Part shown: positions 41,262-50,850 of the stretch, one piece after another
Numbering within the stretch: position 1 is the first letter of the stretch
How the letters are laid out: each line of letters opens with the position of its first letter
DNA from: an uncultured Gammaproteobacteria bacterium
GTDB lineage: Bacteria > Pseudomonadota > Gammaproteobacteria > JACCXJ01
Direction: 5' to 3'
DNA length: 64,000 bases
Assembly: GCA_963764725.1 (NCBI GenBank)
Contig: CAVXTM010000016.1
Location: 320,001-384,000, forward strand
The notes under the pieces: generated by a model
Seen by the model: only the letters and a program-made list of their open reading frames with translations
Told to the model about the DNA's origin: nothing
Databases searched by the model: none
Program-made: the position numbers and the translations under genes

Positions 41262-43859
41262 ATGAACGATGAGCGCAGAACCGGTATCGGCGAAGATGCG
41301 CCCGTAGCGAGTGGGCGTTTTCACCGTATCCTCATGCCGCTAATATCGCTAACCCTTTTTTTCGTTGCGATCGCAGCGATTCATCACTTATTGGCGGAGG
41401 TCAGTTATCCGCAACTGGTCGCGGAACTGAAGGCGCTGTCCTGGAACCAGTTGTTACTGGCGCTTTTATTCACTGCCAGCAGTTTCACGGCCTTGATAGG
41501 CTACGATTGGTCAGCGCTTGCTTATATTGGACGCAAGCTTCCCTTCCCGACGGTCGCGTTGGGTTCTTTTTGTGGCTACGCGATTTCGAATACCGTGGGG
41601 TTGAGCATACTTTCGGGAGGGTCTGTGCGCTACCGATTCTATCTCTCTGCAGGACTCGATGCGGCCGATATAGCGCGCGTGTCGGTGTTTTCGGTTCTGG
41701 CGCTGAGTCTCGGTATCTACCTGGTCGGTGCCGCGGCTTTGGTTATCCATCCAGACCTCGTCGACAGTTTCTTTGGGATCCCGCGGGGCGTGTTGCGCAC
41801 GATCGCGATCGCGGCTTTGGTCTTGCTGTTCGCGTTAGTGGTAATTACCTTTGTTCGACCTGCCCGCATCAAAATCGGTCCCTGGGATCTGCCGATCCCA
41901 AGTGGCCCAGTGACCGTTGTTCAGCTCGTGGTATCGGTGATCGATATCGTCTCGGCGGGTGCCTGCTTATACGTCCTAATTGACCATCCGCAGGTGCCAT
42001 TTCTCGCGTTCCTCGTGGTCTATGCGGTGGCACTCATGATCGGGGTCTCAAGCCACGTGCCGGGGGGTCTGGGGGTATTCGAAAGCGTTATGCTGCTCGC
42101 CCTGCACGATTCCGTATCGCCCGAAAACCTCGCGGCCGCGATGCTGGCCTATCGGGTGATCTATCACGTCATCCCGTTGGTGCTCGCAATCTTCGTGTTA
42201 GTCGGTCGCGAGCTAGCGGAACGGGCCTCCCCCATCGTTGGGGCGGTGCGTTACATCCATTCCTGGAGCTCGAAGCTGGTGCCGCCGTTGCTGGCCGGGT
42301 TGGCATTTTGCAACGGCATAGTATTACTCGTATCCACAGCGACGCCTGCCGTCCCGGAGCGGCTTAAGGCGATGAAAGCCTTCATGCCGCTTGCCGTTGT
42401 GGAGATATCCACGATCTCCGGCTCGGTAGTCGGTCTGGGACTGCTCCTAATCGCCCGAGGGCTCTATAGCAGGCTAAACGGCGCCTATGTCATGGCGTTG
42501 CTACTTTGCCTTGCCGGTAGTGTTTTTTCTTTAGCCAAGGGTATCGACTATGAAGAAGGCGTAATTCTGCTTGGGACCGCGTTGCTGCTATTCCTCTGTC
42601 GGCGTGAGTTTTATCGACGCACCGTGCTGATGAATTCGCCTTTTACAGCGGGTTGGATACTCTCCATCGTCAGTGCCGTAGGCGCTACCTACTGGATCAC
42701 CATATTCTCCTACAAGCACGTCGAATACGCTCATGAACTGTGGTGGCAATTCGAGTACAACGCAGAAGTGTCGCGTTCGCTTCGGGCCGGACTCGCCGTG
42801 ACCATTGCCTTGTTCATACTGGGAATAGACCGACTGCTGAAGCGGCCGCAACATGCGCCGAGTTTGTCCTCAACAGGCGATTTGGACAAGGCCGAAGCCA
42901 TCGTGCGAGCCCAGGACAACGTCGACGGCAACCTGGCCTTGATGGGCGACAAACATCTGCTGTTTTCCGACACCGGCGACGCGTTCATCATGTATGGAGT
43001 TAGGGGCACAAGCTGGATCGCGCTCGGTGACCCTATTGGACCGGCGCCGGTAGCGGATGAGCTGGCGTGGCGGTTTCGCGAATTGGCCGACCGTGAGGGC
43101 GGCCGGATCGCGTTTTATCAGACCTCTCCTGAGACCTTGCCCTTGTACTTGGATATGGGATTGGTGCCGTTGAAGGTTGGGGAGGAAGCGCTAGTGCCAC
43201 TTGAGACGTTTTCCCTCCAGGGTGCGAAGCGTAAAGGCCTTAGGCACGCAATGAATCGCGGCGAACACGACGGGCTCAGCTTCGAGATCCTGCCCCGCGA
43301 GACTGTTCCCGCACATATGGAAGAGCTGGCTGCGGTGTCGGCGAACTGGTTGGCGCTGAAGAACACGCGGGAGAAGCGGTTTTCACTGGGTGCCTTCGAT
43401 CCCAATTACATCAAGCGCTTTGCTGTTGCCGTCGCGCGGCACGGGACCCGGATCGTGGCGTTTGCGACCGTGATATCGACCGATACGAAAGCCGAAGCCT
43501 CCATCGATCTGATGCGGCATACGCACGAGGCGCCAAGCTCAGCGATGATGTTCCTGTTCATCAATCTGATTCTGTGCTTCAAGGCACAGGGATTTCGGCG
43601 TTTTGCCCTGGGTTTGGCACCGCTATCGGGATTGGAAACTCATCCCTTGGCGCCGGTGTGGCATCGCTTTGGTCACCTCATCTACAACCGTGGCGAGAGG
43701 TTCTACAATTTTCGTGGCCTCAGAGAATTCAAGGATAAGTTTGATCCCGTGTGGGAACCTCGCTATCTTGCAACATCCGGAGGTATTAGTCCGTTGCTCG
43801 TGATCACGGACGTGGCGACGCTGATTGGGGGGGGTATCACCGGCGTGTTCAAAAAATGA
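41262..43859 (+). CDS. mprF: Bifunctional aminoacyl(lysyl)-phosphatidylglycerol flippase/synthase
   Basis: Multi-TM flippase (SGGSVRYR, HVPGGLGVFE, YRVIY) plus C-terminal synthase (GDK, GDPIG, KVGEEA, IDLMRH, APLSG, FYNFRGLREFKDKF). Confidence 0.95.
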   Translation: MNDERRTGIGEDAPVASGRFHRILMPLISLTLFFVAIAAIHHLLAEVSYPQLVAELKALSWNQLLLALLFTASSFTALIGYDWSALAYIGRKLPFPTVALGSFCGYAISNTVGLSILSGGSVRYRFYLSAGLDAADIARVSVFSVLALSLGIYLVGAAALVIHPDLVDSFFGIPRGVLRTIAIAALVLLFALVVITFVRPARIKIGPWDLPIPSGPVTVVQLVVSVIDIVSAGACLYVLIDHPQVPFLAFLVVYAVALMIGVSSHVPGGLGVFESVMLLALHDSVSPENLAAAMLAYRVIYHVIPLVLAIFVLVGRELAERASPIVGAVRYIHSWSSKLVPPLLAGLAFCNGIVLLVSTATPAVPERLKAMKAFMPLAVVEISTISGSVVGLGLLLIARGLYSRLNGAYVMALLLCLAGSVFSLAKGIDYEEGVILLGTALLLFLCRREFYRRTVLMNSPFTAGWILSIVSAVGATYWITIFSYKHVEYAHELWWQFEYNAEVSRSLRAGLAVTIALFILGIDRLLKRPQHAPSLSSTGDLDKAEAIVRAQDNVDGNLALMGDKHLLFSDTGDAFIMYGVRGTSWIALGDPIGPAPVADELAWRFRELADREGGRIAFYQTSPETLPLYLDMGLVPLKVGEEALVPLETFSLQGAKRKGLRHAMNRGEHDGLSFEILPRETVPAHMEELAAVSANWLALKNTREKRFSLGAFDPNYIKRFAVAVARHGTRIVAFATVISTDTKAEASIDLMRHTHEAPSSAMMFLFINLILCFKAQGFRRFALGLAPLSGLETHPLAPVWHRFGHLIYNRGERFYNFRGLREFKDKFDPVWEPRYLATSGGISPLLVITDVATLIGGGITGVFKK

Positions 43860-45340
43860 CTATAGTCTCGCGTTACGGGACGTTGGATTCTCGAGTGCAC
43901 CGCTACCTATTCCCGACTATCGTGGCTTTCTTCATACTGTGCTCGCTGGCGCAGTCCGGTTGTACCGAATCCAGCCTAGAGCCCATGAGTATCGAGGAGT
44001 TTGGGCACATTGAGGTCTACCGCCCAAAGGACCCACCCAAAGGTCTCGTAATGCTGCTCTCCGGTGATGCCGGCTGGGACAAAAACATGGCGGAGCTGGC
44101 TATTAAAGTCATGGAGCTGGACTATTTGGTCGCCGGCATCGATACGCGCAATTACCTTCGCCGATTGACGACCGAAACCCAAGCTTGCAGCAACCCAGGA
44201 TTGGATTTTGCCGCCCTGGGTAAACACCTGCAAAAGGACGCCGGTCGCGGCAGCCTCAAGCCACCGATCCTGGTCGGCGTGTCATCGGGTGCCAGCGTGG
44301 CTTATGCCGCCGTCGCCCAGGCTTCCGCTCGGACTTTCCACGCTGCCGTTAGCCTGGACTTTTGTCCTACACTTCCTTCAAAACTACTATTCTGCAAGGG
44401 GCAAGGCCTCAAAGCCTCAACTGGCTCCGACAGCAAGGGGACGGTATTCTCGCCCAACAAGCAACTACAGACGCCGTGGTTCGTCTTTCAAGACCCACAC
44501 TATCACGGTTGCGACATGGATAGCGCGAACGGGTTTATTCGACAAATCGATAACGTCAAACTGGTTGTGGGGTCATTCAGGCCGGAAGCGGACTCACAAC
44601 CGGATTTACGCCAACAATTCCTGGCATTGATGGAATGGTTGGATCCAGGGATTGCCAACCAGGCTGAATCCACAACCGATTTATCCGGCGTGCCGCTCGT
44701 GGAGGTACCTGCCACGGTCGGCGGTGAGTACCTAGCGCTGATCCTGACCGGTGATGGCGGTTGGGCGGCACTGGACAAGGCCGTTGCTTCCCGGCTCGTG
44801 CGCGGGCATATCAGCACGCTGGGTTGGGATTCTCTGAGCTATTTCTGGCGCGCTCGCACACCGGACGAAGCGGGCGCCGATCTGGAGCGGAGTTTGCGCC
44901 ATTATCTTGTAGCCTGGGAAAAACAACGGGTCTTATTGATCGGCTATTCATTCGGTGCCAACGCGCTACCGTTTATGGCCAATCGCTTGCCGCCGGATCT
45001 GCGTGGGCGCATCGAGCTGGTAGTGCTCCTCGGTCCCGGGCCAAGCGCTTCATTTGAGTTCCATTTGACGGATTGGCTAGGGAGTTCGAGTTCAGCTAAG
45101 CGATATCCGATCCTCACGGAGTTGCAGAAACTAACGTGGACCAAAGTGCTTTGTCTGTCGGGTCAACAGGATGAGTACAGCATTTGTCCGACGCTTAACC
45201 TCCCCAACGTTACCGTAGAACAAATGCCGGGCGATCATCATTTCAATGACGACTATGGCAGCCTCGTGTCGAGGATCCTTGCGCTGTTACCCGAACATGC
45301 CCTTGGCAGCACAACACCGAGCGTTACGGAATCGCAATAG
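43856..45340 (+). CDS. acvB: AcvB/VirJ family aminoacyl-phosphatidylglycerol hydrolase
   Basis: TGDGGW, SYFW...TP, GYSFGA nucleophile, PGDHHF; start overlaps mprF stop (ATGA). Confidence 0.9.
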   Translation: MTIVSRYGTLDSRVHRYLFPTIVAFFILCSLAQSGCTESSLEPMSIEEFGHIEVYRPKDPPKGLVMLLSGDAGWDKNMAELAIKVMELDYLVAGIDTRNYLRRLTTETQACSNPGLDFAALGKHLQKDAGRGSLKPPILVGVSSGASVAYAAVAQASARTFHAAVSLDFCPTLPSKLLFCKGQGLKASTGSDSKGTVFSPNKQLQTPWFVFQDPHYHGCDMDSANGFIRQIDNVKLVVGSFRPEADSQPDLRQQFLALMEWLDPGIANQAESTTDLSGVPLVEVPATVGGEYLALILTGDGGWAALDKAVASRLVRGHISTLGWDSLSYFWRARTPDEAGADLERSLRHYLVAWEKQRVLLIGYSFGANALPFMANRLPPDLRGRIELVVLLGPGPSASFEFHLTDWLGSSSSAKRYPILTELQKLTWTKVLCLSGQQDEYSICPTLNLPNVTVEQMPGDHHFNDDYGSLVSRILALLPEHALGSTTPSVTESQ

Positions 45341-45350
45341 GTGGGTATCC

Positions 45351-48300
45351 ATGCACCACACTGACGTCCTGTCTGTCGCGCAGGGACGCTTTTGGCGTCT
45401 TGGTTTGAGCGCTGTGGGCGTGGCGCTAGCGCTGGGCTCGGTGCTTTGCGTCTACACCGGTGCCTTAGTCGATGGTGTTCAGCCTTGGTTGCTGGGGGCT
45501 CTCGCTGGCCTATTTTTGGCGTTTGCCTTAGGTGACCGTTGGTCGCCTATCGCCGTGCCAGTCGCGGCGGCGATCGTGACCGGCTTGTTCAGCGCCTCCG
45601 TCAGTCCGGAGGCAAAGCTATGGCAGGCTCCCGCCTCTTGGGCTGAGTTAACTGTACTGACTCCGCAGGGGGCGGTGTTAGGCTGTCTCTTGTATTTCGG
45701 CGTTGCGCTGTGGTGTATGGTCCGCTTCGGGCGGTCGCTGTCACTCATCGCCAATCTCTCGCTGCTCGCCACACCTTATCTCTTCAATCTGCTGCTGGTG
45801 CTGGCCGCTCACGGTATCACGCTTGGGCTCGGACGTACCGTTCTGGGTACCGGTTTGCCCGATGCGATCGCCTCTGGTCTGGGCCGCACGATGATTCTGT
45901 TTGTCTTCAACGAAGCCCTGATGCTGGGTCTGGGTTTGTTGATGGATCGGCGCTGGACCCGATCCTGGCGTCTGCATCTGCTCGTCCTGGGCAGTTCCGC
46001 TTTGGCGGCCTTCTCGCCGGTCGTCGCGGACTTAGGCTCCACCGAAACGCTCTCGCGCTGGGCTGTGGTTGCGCGCCTGGGTCCGATGGTGTTAACCGGG
46101 GCCCTGGCGCAGGCAGGATTGTGGGCGCAAGTTTTTCTTGTCACCGGCATGCTGCTCGATACGCTGCGTGGACGGCGCCCAACCTGGGCCGCAGGCTATG
46201 GCCACTGGTATGCCGGCGCGGTGCGGGGGGCAGTCTACGGCGGCCTGTTCGTGCTGCTGGTGCAGTTGGGTGCGCTCATTTGGGGTTCCCCGGCAGTTGT
46301 CGGCTGGCTGCGCAGCTACCCTGTGCTCGGGGGCGCGCTTCTGGGCCTACTGCTATTTCCACTGGCCAAAACTATCCTCGAAAGTTTCGACGGTAGCGCG
46401 CCTTTCTTCGCCCGCTTTGCGGGAGCGATGCGCGAGCCGATCAACTATCTGCGCGGCTTGATTGCCGGCTTAGGGCTCGGGATAGCCTTGACGCACGATT
46501 TGCCGACGCTCTCTGGCGGTTTACGCTTTGCGCTCGGCTTTGTGATCGGAGCAGCAGCGTATGCTGGGGCGGACGCGCTGCGGGATATCCATTCAGTGCT
46601 CGCCCATCAGCGCCAGCGAATGCAGTCTTGGCGGGTGTACGGGTTGGGCGCGGTGCTCGGGGGATTCGTGGGTGGGGCGCTCGCGTGGTATTTCGATGCC
46701 GCCCAATTACAGGTAGTCGCCGAGAAATTTGTCACCTACGCCATGGCCTATTTCCCGGCAGTCGGCAAGGCTACTACGAGCTATGTGACTTATCCGCTGT
46801 TCAGCAAGTGGGGTGCAATCGATCTGGGAAGCGTCTCGGGGGGCGTCAAACTCCTGTATGCGGAATCCCTGTCGGGCGTGATCAACTGGTCGATCGCCGC
46901 GCCGCTGTTCAGCATCAATCTGGTGCTGCTTACCGCACTGTTCGAGCGCAGCTTCCGCCCGCTCAAGGCCTTGTTCAGCGCTGCCGGATTAGCGACTGTC
47001 GTGGAACAGGCGGTGCGCGTTCTGCGCTGGGGCCTGTGGATGGCACCGATCATTTATACATTCCTGCGCCTTGCCGCAGACCCGAGCTGGTACAACCAGG
47101 ATGGCGCGGTGCGCAGCGCGTTGGCGAGCGTACAGTCCGTGCGGTTTTCACCGGATGAGTTCCGCGCCTGGAGCCTCGAGTTGTTTCTTGGGCTGCTCGC
47201 CTATGATTGGTTGCGGGTGCTGATCTGGTTCGACCATATGGGCCTCCGGGTGGCGACGCTGGTCAATCTTTCCTTCGTTGGCGGCGATGCGCTGGATGAA
47301 AAAGCGTCGCGATTTCTAGGCCACTCGGCGCGCACGCGCTGCATACCAGAAGCCATACGCCGTTTTCTCACTTGGGCACCGCTGTTGATTCCTTTCTATA
47401 TACCGCGCGGCGGCGAGTGGGACTATGTATGGGATCGGGCGGCATCTCTGCAGACTGCTCCGCAATCCCTGCTGCCCGCGGTTGCATCTTTGCTGCTCGT
47501 TTATCAGTTGGCCGCTGTTGGCGCGATTTTGGGGGTGGCAGCCGTGTGGCTGCTGCGCCGGAGCAAAAAGGAATTGGTGCCGTCGCCAGCCGCGACCGAC
47601 CCTTACTTCGTACTCGGCAACGGGCAATACACGGCGGAGTACGGCTGGGATGGCCGCGGCTTTAGCCACGTGACCAGCACGGTGCGCCCCGGCTTCGAGC
47701 TCGACCTCTCTCGAAGGCCGGACGATCCGTTGCAGTTGCGAGGCAAGTTTTTCTTTCTGCGCGAACTGGACACCGAAGGCAAGGCCGCCGGTGAGCTCTG
47801 GTCACTCGGGTCCGAGCCCATGCAGAAGCGAGGCTCCGACTATTCGGTGACGCAGCCCTCTCCTAGTACGCTGCGTATCGTCAACAGCTACGGCAGGCTG
47901 CGCGCGGAAGCTCGGGTGACTCTCGATGCCCGCGACGCCGTGGAAAACTGGGCCATCTATCTAACCAACCTTGAGCAGCGTGCGCGCATCGTCGAAATTA
48001 CGAGTTACCAAGAGCTCGCTGTGGGGCCAATCGATGCCTACCGCCGCTCGCCCTTCTTTGCGGCAATGCACGTGGGTACCTGCTTCGCGGCCCCATTGAG
48101 CGCGATCATCGCGCGCAATCGCCTCATGCGAAACAATGCAAAAGATCCCGCCTTGCAGCGCATGTGCCGCGAAGTCGGTTTTCATGCGGTGCGCGCGAAC
48201 GAAGGCGTGCGCCTTGTGGGATACGAGGACTCCCGCACCCATTTCATCGGCTTAGGCACATTGAGGCAGCCGGCCGTATTCTCTGGCCAGGCACTGCGCG

Positions 48301-50825
48301 ATCCTGCCGATGAAGGGTTGCTCTATAGCTTCGATCCGGCGGCAAGCTTGAGACTTAGGGTGGAGTTGCCGCCAGGTGCGACCGTCGAGGTACCCTTCCT
48401 GGACGGTTATGCCGAGGACGAGCATCGAGCGGCGGCTTTGATTGCTCGGCATCTCGAGGTTGCGAAGCCAGATGAGGCCACTCTAAAAGCGAGCTTCGCA
48501 CGCAGACGTAGACTGCACGCCGCTCCCAGGCGCACCACAGAGCACAGCGGTTTCTCTGAGGATGGGCGTGAACTTTCGGTGCCTTGCGACGCGCAGCGTC
48601 CTTGGGCGCATCTCGTCGCCAATCCGCTGGGCCAAGGCTTTATCGCGGGTAGCGATGGAGAGATCTTTTCCTTCGCCGGCAATGCGCAGCAGAACGCCCT
48701 GTCGCCTTTCAGTCTGGACAGCATGCCGGCGCAGCTCCCTGGGCAGGCGATTTATGTCTTTGATATCAAAACTGGGGTCGCCGAGACTGCGGGCTTCGTG
48801 CCTTACCGCAACCAGGATGCCAAACACGAGGTTTTCTTCGGGCTGGGTTATGCGCGTTACCGCAAAGAGAGCGTTGGACTTAAGCTCGATCTGACCGCCT
48901 TTGTCCCGCTGGACTGCGCAGTGGAGATCAAACTGCTGCGTATCCGCAATTTGGGCACGACAGCGAGGCGCTTTAGGGTCGTCCCTTACGTGGAAATGGT
49001 GTTGGCGGAAGTGCCGCCGGACAGCTGTGGTCGTGTGCACGCCTGGGCGGACCCGACGCCCGGCGTGCTCTATTTCGAAAATGCCAGTAACGATTTTCGC
49101 AAGGGTGTGGCTTTCGTCGCCGTGAACCTTAGATGCCAGACACACGAGACCGTCCGCGAGCGCTTCGTGGGCGGCGAGGGGCGCGATCTCGCGCGACCGT
49201 ATATGGTCGAGCATGGCCAACCCGATAGGAGGCAGGTTGATGACGGACGCCGCATAGCGAGCTTTGTCGTCGAGCTGGAGATTGCCGCGGGAAAGGAGGT
49301 GACGGTGGTGCTCGCGCTCGGTCAAGCCGCCGACCAGGCGCAGGCGACTGCGCTCGCGCGCGCCTATCTCGAACCGCGGGCGGCAGAACTAGCGCTGGAA
49401 AAAACTAAGGCGTGGTGGAACGAGACGCTATCCGTCGTGCGCGTCGAGACCAATGAACCGGCTTTTGACCGCTTGGTGAACGACTGGCTGCCGTACCAGA
49501 TCCTGTGCGCACGGTTATGGGGGCGCACCGGATCCAGCCAGCGCAGCGGCGCCTACGGCTTCCGCGACCAGTTGCAGGACGTTCTGCCACTCACCTTCCT
49601 CAAGCCCGAGTGGGCGCGCAGCCAGATCGTGCTACACGCGGCGCAGCAATTTATCGAGGGCGATTGCGTCAAGTGGTGGCATCCCTCGTGGGAAGGCAAG
49701 ACCGGAATCGCGGTTCGCACCCGCGCGTCCGATCCGCATCTTTGGTTACCCTATGTGGCGGCTCGCTACGTAGAAGCTAGTGGCGACACCGGCGTTCTGG
49801 AAGAGCAAGTCGCCTTCCTGGAAGGCAGGCCGGTGCCGAAGGGTCATGAAGGATTCGTGTTCGCGCCCAGGCCCTCGCGCGATACCGGTTCGGTTTACGA
49901 GCATTGCCGGCGCGCGGTGGAATACACTCTCGCGCGGCGCGGCGCGCATGATCTCCCGCTCCTCGGCTCTGGCGACTGGAACGATGGCCTCGATGTGCCC
50001 GGCATCAAGGGCACGGGGGAAAGCGTATGGCTGGGCTTCTTCTTGCACGATGTGCTTGTCAGGTTCGCGAGTCTCGCCGCACGCTGCGAAGGTCAAGAAG
50101 CCAAACGACGCTACCTCAAGGAAGCGAGAAACCTATCTGTGGCGCTTGGGGCGATGTGGCGCGAGGACGGGTATCTACGCGCGATTACCGATGAGGGCGA
50201 AGAATTCAAACTGTGCAGCGCGCTCACGACCGCTTGGCCACTCCTATCCGGGGCAGTGGATGCGACGCGCGCCCACGCAGTGCTTGAGATGGGAATCGAG
50301 CGTCTGGAGAAAAGCAACCGCGTGCTACTGCTGACCCCGCCTTTCACGGAGCACTCGCTGCCTTATCCTGGGCGTATTGCAGAGTATCCGCCCGGGGTGC
50401 GCGAAAATGGGGGGCAGTACTCGCACGGCGTCTCGTGGCTAGTGGATGCGCTGCTGCGCTGCGCCGAAGAAACGCCCGAACTAGCCGAACGCTGCCGCGC
50501 GTACGCCGTGGATTTGTGGATCAAGATATCGCCGCTAAGCAAGAGCGATCAGACAGACCTCTACGGACTGCCGCCGCATCAGCAGCCGGCGGATGTTTAC
50601 GACGGTCCGGGCTACGAAGGTCGCGGTGGCTGGAGTTGGTACACGGGCGCAGCTGCGCGCATGCTCTCCACCGCCTACGAAATCATCGGACTGCGGATCG
50701 AAGGCGGCAAGCTCAAGCTGCTTCAAGATCTTTTCCTGCGCAAGGGGCGTTTGCAGGTCAAGCGCCTCTGCTATCGCGGGCAGCAGATCGAGGGGAGAGA
50801 GAATGAAGGCGGATGGCGGAACTAA
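45351..50825 (+). CDS. 1824-aa fusion: polytopic membrane domain plus GH94 glycoside phosphorylase (Cgs/NdvB C-terminal type)
   Basis: Hydrophobic N-terminal ~750 aa; VLGNGQY...GRGFS and GFSEDGRE...PWAHLVAN sandwich domains; SGAYGFRDQLQD, GDWNDG, RENGGQYSH, GRGGWSWYTG catalytic-domain motifs. Confidence 0.85.
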   Translation: MHHTDVLSVAQGRFWRLGLSAVGVALALGSVLCVYTGALVDGVQPWLLGALAGLFLAFALGDRWSPIAVPVAAAIVTGLFSASVSPEAKLWQAPASWAELTVLTPQGAVLGCLLYFGVALWCMVRFGRSLSLIANLSLLATPYLFNLLLVLAAHGITLGLGRTVLGTGLPDAIASGLGRTMILFVFNEALMLGLGLLMDRRWTRSWRLHLLVLGSSALAAFSPVVADLGSTETLSRWAVVARLGPMVLTGALAQAGLWAQVFLVTGMLLDTLRGRRPTWAAGYGHWYAGAVRGAVYGGLFVLLVQLGALIWGSPAVVGWLRSYPVLGGALLGLLLFPLAKTILESFDGSAPFFARFAGAMREPINYLRGLIAGLGLGIALTHDLPTLSGGLRFALGFVIGAAAYAGADALRDIHSVLAHQRQRMQSWRVYGLGAVLGGFVGGALAWYFDAAQLQVVAEKFVTYAMAYFPAVGKATTSYVTYPLFSKWGAIDLGSVSGGVKLLYAESLSGVINWSIAAPLFSINLVLLTALFERSFRPLKALFSAAGLATVVEQAVRVLRWGLWMAPIIYTFLRLAADPSWYNQDGAVRSALASVQSVRFSPDEFRAWSLELFLGLLAYDWLRVLIWFDHMGLRVATLVNLSFVGGDALDEKASRFLGHSARTRCIPEAIRRFLTWAPLLIPFYIPRGGEWDYVWDRAASLQTAPQSLLPAVASLLLVYQLAAVGAILGVAAVWLLRRSKKELVPSPAATDPYFVLGNGQYTAEYGWDGRGFSHVTSTVRPGFELDLSRRPDDPLQLRGKFFFLRELDTEGKAAGELWSLGSEPMQKRGSDYSVTQPSPSTLRIVNSYGRLRAEARVTLDARDAVENWAIYLTNLEQRARIVEITSYQELAVGPIDAYRRSPFFAAMHVGTCFAAPLSAIIARNRLMRNNAKDPALQRMCREVGFHAVRANEGVRLVGYEDSRTHFIGLGTLRQPAVFSGQALRDPADEGLLYSFDPAASLRLRVELPPGATVEVPFLDGYAEDEHRAAALIARHLEVAKPDEATLKASFARRRRLHAAPRRTTEHSGFSEDGRELSVPCDAQRPWAHLVANPLGQGFIAGSDGEIFSFAGNAQQNALSPFSLDSMPAQLPGQAIYVFDIKTGVAETAGFVPYRNQDAKHEVFFGLGYARYRKESVGLKLDLTAFVPLDCAVEIKLLRIRNLGTTARRFRVVPYVEMVLAEVPPDSCGRVHAWADPTPGVLYFENASNDFRKGVAFVAVNLRCQTHETVRERFVGGEGRDLARPYMVEHGQPDRRQVDDGRRIASFVVELEIAAGKEVTVVLALGQAADQAQATALARAYLEPRAAELALEKTKAWWNETLSVVRVETNEPAFDRLVNDWLPYQILCARLWGRTGSSQRSGAYGFRDQLQDVLPLTFLKPEWARSQIVLHAAQQFIEGDCVKWWHPSWEGKTGIAVRTRASDPHLWLPYVAARYVEASGDTGVLEEQVAFLEGRPVPKGHEGFVFAPRPSRDTGSVYEHCRRAVEYTLARRGAHDLPLLGSGDWNDGLDVPGIKGTGESVWLGFFLHDVLVRFASLAARCEGQEAKRRYLKEARNLSVALGAMWREDGYLRAITDEGEEFKLCSALTTAWPLLSGAVDATRAHAVLEMGIERLEKSNRVLLLTPPFTEHSLPYPGRIAEYPPGVRENGGQYSHGVSWLVDALLRCAEETPELAERCRAYAVDLWIKISPLSKSDQTDLYGLPPHQQPADVYDGPGYEGRGGWSWYTGAAARMLSTAYEIIGLRIEGGKLKLLQDLFLRKGRLQVKRLCYRGQQIEGRENEGGWRN

Positions 50826-50850
50826 ATCCTTAGGAAGGAGGCCAACAAAA

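Noticed and set aside
45246-50825. Calling the large GH94 protein NdvB/Cgs
   Set aside because: It is too short and has no recognisable synthase region; only the C-terminal phosphorylase part matches
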